From an uncultured Verrucomicrobiae bacterium (GTDB lineage Bacteria > Verrucomicrobiota > Verrucomicrobiia > Limisphaerales > Palsa-1400): a stretch of DNA of 64,000 nt. The stretch covers positions 1,536,001 through 1,600,000 of the forward strand of contig CAVXRD010000002.1 in the NCBI GenBank assembly GCA_963764165.1, read 5' to 3'. Positions 58,617 to 64,000 of this stretch are shown piece by piece. The notes below the pieces were generated by a model. The model was given only the letters and a program-made list of their open reading frames with translations. It ran no database searches and was not told the DNA's origin. Within the stretch, counting starts at the first letter, position 1; the number at the start of each line of letters is the position of its first letter. The position numbers were made by a program, and so were the translations under genes.

Positions 58617-59892
58617 GCGCTTCTCCACTCCTACCCGAGACTGCGGCAGATGGCACGGCGATTTTTCCGGTGACCGCCGCAGCAATGAGGGCGGCGCGGC
58701 GCTCTTTCAACAACCCGATTGTCCGCTCAGTGGCCGCGCGCAAGGCATCAATTTTGGCTGTTTGCGCCGTTATGTGGGCGACGATGGCGTGTTGCTCATT
58801 GAGCGGCGGCACGGGCAGCTTGATGGAGAGAAGGTTCTCGGAGTAGATTCGTAGGAATCCAGAAGCGCCCGTCCCAAGACCTTTTGATTCAGACCTGAAC
58901 ACTGCTTGCATAAGAGAGGTTCCGAATAGCTTTACGAAATATTCGCAATTTAACTCGACCAGTTTCCGGATCACTGTGTAGTCGGGACTGACCAAGCCGC
59001 GCTCAGGCGTGATAGAAACAAGTCCGCTTGAGGCCCGCATTTTGTTCACGACAATGTCGTCGCGCTCGGTAAGTTTGAACCCAATCAATTCTTCGGCACG
59101 AGTTTGCTTTTCGGATACGTCGTTATGGCGAATCAGACCAATATTCATTCGCAAGGAAAGCAGTTCCTCTTCACCAGAGGATGTTCGTTCATCAATTTCC
59201 CTGAAAAGCCACTTGGCCTTCTTGACCTCCCAATGCGCCGGAAGTTCACCAAGCCACGCGACGCCGGAATCGCGGAGAGGCGCGGCTGGATGAATGCCGC
59301 GCGTGACGGCGATTGTGATAAGGGCGCGGCGTTTTTCAGCCAGTAATTCCAGCCACCTTTCTTTGGCCGTTACTAATTGATCCAGCCGGGCAGTCTCCCG
59401 ATCCAAATACACCGCAATCGCCCGCTGTTCAGCAAGTGGCGGAAGCGCGATGGAAATATCGCCAAGATCAGAAGAGTTTATTGCCGGATAGCTGACGCCG
59501 ACCGAGCGAGTGACGACTTCACGGAGAAACCGCAACTCGCGCACAGCGTATTTACAAAAGTTGGCATCAAGTTCTCCTTTTCGCGGACGGACCACGGCGA
59601 AGCCCGTCGAGACAATCAGATTGTTCGGCGGATTCTCGATCGCGGCGATGGCCTGGAGGTAAGTGCGAACTGTCGAAATGATAATATCGCCGTGACGAAC
59701 AATTCGGCGTGCCCGGCTCGGTGCTGCTTCAAAGCGGTGGGCCGCGATTTGGTCAATACGACCGGAGGAATCCACGTTGCCAATGTCCACATATTGAAGC
59801 TCAAACTCGGGGTCGGTTTCTTCTGGCAACGCCTCATCGTTAATCGTCGCAGCATATTTGAGACGCCGCAGATTTGAAGAGGCGTTGCTCAT
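58606..59892 (-). CDS. hsdS: Type I restriction-modification specificity subunit
   Basis: Two TRDs with PPLAEQ/PPLNEQ, RDSGVAWLGELP, AAVTGKI. Confidence 0.93.
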   Translation of the reverse strand: MSNASSNLRRLKYAATINDEALPEETDPEFELQYVDIGNVDSSGRIDQIAAHRFEAAPSRARRIVRHGDIIISTVRTYLQAIAAIENPPNNLIVSTGFAVVRPRKGELDANFCKYAVRELRFLREVVTRSVGVSYPAINSSDLGDISIALPPLAEQRAIAVYLDRETARLDQLVTAKERWLELLAEKRRALITIAVTRGIHPAAPLRDSGVAWLGELPAHWEVKKAKWLFREIDERTSSGEEELLSLRMNIGLIRHNDVSEKQTRAEELIGFKLTERDDIVVNKMRASSGLVSITPERGLVSPDYTVIRKLVELNCEYFVKLFGTSLMQAVFRSESKGLGTGASGFLRIYSENLLSIKLPVPPLNEQHAIVAHITAQTAKIDALRAATERTIGLLKERRAALIAAAVTGKIAVPSAAVSGRSGEAHEN

Positions 59893-62010
59893 GCCGTGAC
59901 CTCGGTAAGCAGGCGAAGAATCTCGGACTCCGCCTTTTTCAAATCGATGTCAATAACTGGCAGAGGGCGCGACGGCGTGTAGTCATAGAAGTGTCGATTG
60001 AAATTGATTTCGTATCCCACCTTGTCCTTGCTGCGGTCCATCCACGCATCCGGCACGTGCGGCAGGACTTCGCGGCGGAAATAATCGTCAATGTCTTGTT
60101 TGAGCGGAATGTTCTCGAAATCGCGCAACTCGCTGTCAATCACGTACCGAGTGAACATGCCGTCATGGTCTTCGTCGTAAAAGACGCCGTTGTTCCGCTC
60201 CTGGTCGAAATCATAATCCGAAGTCAATTCCGCAATCCAAACATCCTTTATGACCCGTTTGGCCTCCGGATCTTTGAGGATGAAGAAGCGCCGGAAGAGC
60301 TTTTCCGCGTCGCGCCCGAGCTCGTTGAGTTTCTCAAGATGCGGCGCGATCCTGGGTTCGACGGCGTTCCAATCCTTCCACGCAGCCCGCCCGAACTCGG
60401 CCAGGACGTCGGCGAACCACAAGCTCAACTCTTTCGGCGCGGCCACTTTTTCAGCATCTTTAGCGTGCGCTTCCGCGACGGCCTTGAGCCAGCCGTCTTC
60501 CTCAGCGGCGGCGAGTTCCAGCCGCAGGCGCAATGGGCGGTCGACAGTAACGCGGGTATAACCGAAATCTGCGTTGTCGAAAGTCTTTGTCTGCTCGTCT
60601 TTGCGGAAATTTCCATACAGACGCACGATGTCCGCGATTTGGTCAGGTTCGCCGTCCTTGCCTTCGCCGATTTTGCGGCGCTTGTCGCCGAGGCTGCGGC
60701 GCATGGGGACAAAAAGCTCCCGCGCATCCACCAGTTGAATTTTTCCTTTTCGGCGTTTTTCCTTCCGGTTGGTAACCATCCAGATATAAGTTCCGATGCC
60801 TGTGTTGTAAAACATCTGCTCCGGCAACGCGACGATGGCTTCCAGCCAGTCGTTTTCGATGATCCATTTGCGGATGTCGCTTTCACCGCTGCCCGCCCCG
60901 CCGGTGAAGAGCGGCGAGCCATTGAATACGATGGCAAGGCGCGAGCCATGTTTGTGCTGGTCTGGCTGCACCGGCTCAAATTTATTGACCATGTGTTGCA
61001 GGAAAAGCAGCGCGCCGTCATTCACGCGCGGCAGGCCGGCGCCAAAGCGGCCCGCGAAACCGAGCTTGTCGTGCTCGGCTTCAATTTCCCTGGCCTGCCG
61101 TTTCCAATCCACACCAAAGGGTGGATTGGCGAGAAGGAAGTCAAATTTGTTGTAAGGCGATTCCGTAAACTGATCCGCCGTGAAAATGTCGCCGAAACGG
61201 ATGTTGTCGCTCCCACCGTTTTGATCCACCTGCTTGATGAGCATGTCCGACGCCGCCGTGGCAAAAGCGCGTTTGTTGTAATCCTGGCCAAAAACATAGA
61301 GTCGCGCCTCCGGGTGATGTTCGCGAAGATAATTCTGTGCTTCAGCCAGCATTCCGCCTGTGCCGCAAGCGGGGTCGAGCAGTTTGCGCACGGTGCCGGG
61401 CGTCGCGAGCAGCTTGTCATCATTGATGAAAAGCAGATTCACCATGAGGCGGATGACCTCGCGCGGGGTAAAGTGGTCACCTGCAGTTTCGTTGGCCAGC
61501 TCGTTGAAACGGCGGATGAGGTTTTCAAAAAGCAGCCCCATTTCGAGATTGTCGAGAACGGTCTGGGTGCAAATCCGCATCACAGAATTTTGAGACGACC
61601 AAAAAAAGAATGTTCGCCTCGCGCATCTTTTCGATCTCGTTCTCAAATTCAAAAAACTCGAAGATCGTGCGGACATTTGCCGAAAAGCCTTTTATATAGC
61701 TGACAAGGTGTTTCTCGATGTTGTCTGGATCGCCCTTGAGCCGCTCAAATGTAAGCGGTGAGCGGTTATGAAATCGATTGCCCGCCGCGCGATTCAGGAA
61801 TTTATCGAGCGCGTCGTCGTTTAATTTGCCGCCTTTGCGCTTCTCGAATTCCCGCAGAACCTTTTCCTTTGTCGGCGCCAGCACGCAATCGAAGCGCCTG
61901 AGAACCGTCATAGGCAAAATCACACGCTCATACTGAGGCGGTCGATAGGGGCCGCGCAAAAGGTCCGCAATCTGCCAAATTAAGTTGGACAGGTCGTGAT
62001 GATTCGCCAT
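59889..62010 (-). CDS. hsdM: Type I restriction-modification methyltransferase, frameshifted near 61560
   Basis: IWQIADLLRG, ILPMTVLRRFDC; then FTPREV, DPACGTGG, NPPF, FYNTGI. Confidence 0.93.
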
Positions 62011-62141
62011 TGGCGCACCAGAATATGGGAGCCCAGCCCCCATTCCAACTCCAATTCTGCGTGTGTTTCAACAGGTGTTCGCCGCAAAGGCCAAATTTAT
62101 CTGCGTTGATCTGCGTGAATCTGCGGGCAATTCCTCGTCTA

Positions 62142-63143
62142 TTACTCCGTCAACAATTCCAACAAACTCAGCCCTTTGCTCGATAGCTGCCACCCCGGGC
62201 CGGAGCGGGTGACTAATCGGCGGCAGGGGTTTTTGGTGTATTCGGCTTCGTTGACGGAGAGCAATTGATACTTGGCGTAGCCTTTGAAGGAATTGATGCC
62301 GCGCGGGATGAGTTGGAACGGCAGCCCGTTGAAGTCGAGGGCGATTTCGTAGCCTTCCAGCGCCTCGCCGGGGGGCAGCGCGCCCTGCTTGACCAGCATC
62401 GGATAGCGGTGGAGCCAGGGGAAATTTTTTTGACGCACCAGCACGCGGCAAAGCTCCGTGCGATGCTGAATCCACGAAACCAAGTCAAATGGCGGGCCGG
62501 GTTGGTGTTCGGCCAGCAGGATGAGGCGCGGATCAAGGCCAACCAGGTTTTCGCCGTTGAACAAACCGTGGTCGTCGTGCTCGCCGGGGAAATGCCGCTT
62601 GAAGTAGGCGGTAAAATGGTCGCTGTAAAATAAATTCAGCTCAAAATGGACGTGGGCGCGGTCTTTCGTGATCGGCTGGCGGGTGTTGCTGGTGCGGCCC
62701 ATCGTCGCGATGCGTTCGCCGCTGTGAATTTGCTCGCCGATGCGGAGGCCGTTGCGCACTTCGGACAGGTGCGCGTAGAGGGAGAAAATCTCGATGCCTT
62801 CGATGCGGTGCATCAGCACGATGTATCGCCCGTAATTTGAAAGCGACGGCTTGTCGTTGATGTAGGCCACCACGCCATCCGCCGTGGCCAGGACGGGATC
62901 GATGGGTTCGCCCGCGCCATTGCGCTGGAGGCTGCGGATGTCCAATCCCTCGTGCATCTGCCATCCGTCGGAGCGGACGCAGCCGAAGGTGCCGGAAAGC
63001 CATGTCTTCCCGGGCGTCGGCGCAAAAGCACGATCCTCTCCTCCAAGCTCCAGAACGGCGTGATTAGCCGTCGGAAGCTGAAACGGCTGGGCCACCGCGC
63101 TGGAGGACAGCAGCAGCAGCCCGAGAAAAATCGGACGAATCAT
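62142..63143 (-). CDS. M23-family peptidase
   Basis: HEGLD, YAHL, HVHFE; signal peptide. Confidence 0.9.
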   Translation of the reverse strand: MIRPIFLGLLLLSSSAVAQPFQLPTANHAVLELGGEDRAFAPTPGKTWLSGTFGCVRSDGWQMHEGLDIRSLQRNGAGEPIDPVLATADGVVAYINDKPSLSNYGRYIVLMHRIEGIEIFSLYAHLSEVRNGLRIGEQIHSGERIATMGRTSNTRQPITKDRAHVHFELNLFYSDHFTAYFKRHFPGEHDDHGLFNGENLVGLDPRLILLAEHQPGPPFDLVSWIQHRTELCRVLVRQKNFPWLHRYPMLVKQGALPPGEALEGYEIALDFNGLPFQLIPRGINSFKGYAKYQLLSVNEAEYTKNPCRRLVTRSGPGWQLSSKGLSLLELLTE

Positions 63144-63808
63144 TTAAATGTTTCGAGCGATTTCTCGTAGGCGATGTCGTTTTTCAATCCGCGGACGATC
63201 CGGGCGGTTTCCTCGCGGGTGGCATCCGGGCTGAATCGAAACAAGCCACTTGTGTTCCGTTCCCGGATGAGCACGGCGGCCAGCCAGGCGGACTTCCGGG
63301 GCTGGCCGGGCTGGTCGACACCGGGATCGGCGGGCGGCAGCGGCTCTCGCATCTGCAGGGGCCCGCTGTCGTCATCGGCCGCGGCTTTCTTGGATTTCTT
63401 TGGCTGGTCCGGCGATTTGTAGCCGGCGGGAGGAAATTGCGAGTAAATGACAATGTGGCGACCCTTGTGGAGCGTCGTTACCATTTCCAGCGCCAGCGCG
63501 CCGTGATCGCTCAACCCTAGTTGAATGGCAAACCCGCCGTCCGGCCCCGGCTCATCCACCATCGCCACCTGGCGAATGTCCGCCTCGGTGAGAAACGGTT
63601 CGCTCTCGATGGTGTAAGGATAGTGCTGGCGGGTGACCAGGACATTGCCGGTGCCGGTTTTGTCTGATCGGTTGCCTTCCACGTAAAACCGGAGGGTCGA
63701 TTGCTCCTTTTTTGCGAAGTCGCTGGCCTTGTTCGCGCAGCCGGCGGCGGCTAAGAGTGGCAGCCAGGCCAGATAAATTAGGTTGAATGGGCGAAAATAA
63801 CTCTTCAT
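63140..63808 (-). CDS. Lipoprotein, SecD-head-like domain possible
   Basis: Lipobox AAGC; EPFLTEADI. Confidence 0.6.
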   Translation of the reverse strand: MKSYFRPFNLIYLAWLPLLAAAGCANKASDFAKKEQSTLRFYVEGNRSDKTGTGNVLVTRQHYPYTIESEPFLTEADIRQVAMVDEPGPDGGFAIQLGLSDHGALALEMVTTLHKGRHIVIYSQFPPAGYKSPDQPKKSKKAAADDDSGPLQMREPLPPADPGVDQPGQPRKSAWLAAVLIRERNTSGLFRFSPDATREETARIVRGLKNDIAYEKSLETFK

Positions 63809-63854
63809 ATTCCTTTAACGGACAATTTAAAACAGTAGAGCAAATTAAAAATAT

Positions 63855-63962
63855 ATGGGCAAGCAATATAACAAGGGCGAAAAGAAAAGCCGCCGCGTCG
63901 CATACATCAAACGCAAAAAGGCCGCCTCGAAAAAGAAACCCGCCGCCACCGCGGCAGCCTGA
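63855..63962 (+). CDS. 35-aa highly basic small protein
   Basis: MGKQYNKGEKKSRRVAYIKRKKAASKKKPAATAAA with host-like GC-rich third positions. Confidence 0.55.
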   Translation: MGKQYNKGEKKSRRVAYIKRKKAASKKKPAATAAA

Positions 63963-64000
63963 TCCGCATTTCGCTTCACGGCTCGTCGGCGGACCTGCCA

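Overview
GC-rich chromosomal window; gene content (H-x9-DG-type prepilin-like protein, many REP-like palindromes) suggests a Verrucomicrobia/PVC-type bacterium. A housekeeping backbone (uvrC, queA, htpX, aroE, pilD, uvrA, fumC, obgE-rpmA-rplU) carries two accessory regions. (1) About 19.9-31.9 kb is a decaying island next to a canonical tRNA-Gly. Its core is a minus-strand RNA operon missed by the ORF track: a 56-codon leader ORF using 44 different codons, coupled to an antiterminator/terminator; 17 atypical tRNA genes (one with a UUA anticodon); four Y-RNA-like RNAs (one YrlA-type); a SEC-C zinc-finger gene that is complete only if every in-frame TTT-C is read +1; and a truncated Ro60/TROVE gene. 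This looks like a backup tRNA/RNA-repair system switched on by translation stress (inference). Several of these RNAs contain an 18-bp covarying micro-element. (2) About 53.6-62.0 kb is a type I restriction-modification operon with a Septu/PtuAB-like ATPase-HNH pair between hsdS and hsdR. Single-base frameshifts in obgE, hsdM and the HNH gene suggest possible assembly indels, so all frameshift claims need read-level checks. All RNA calls were made by eye.
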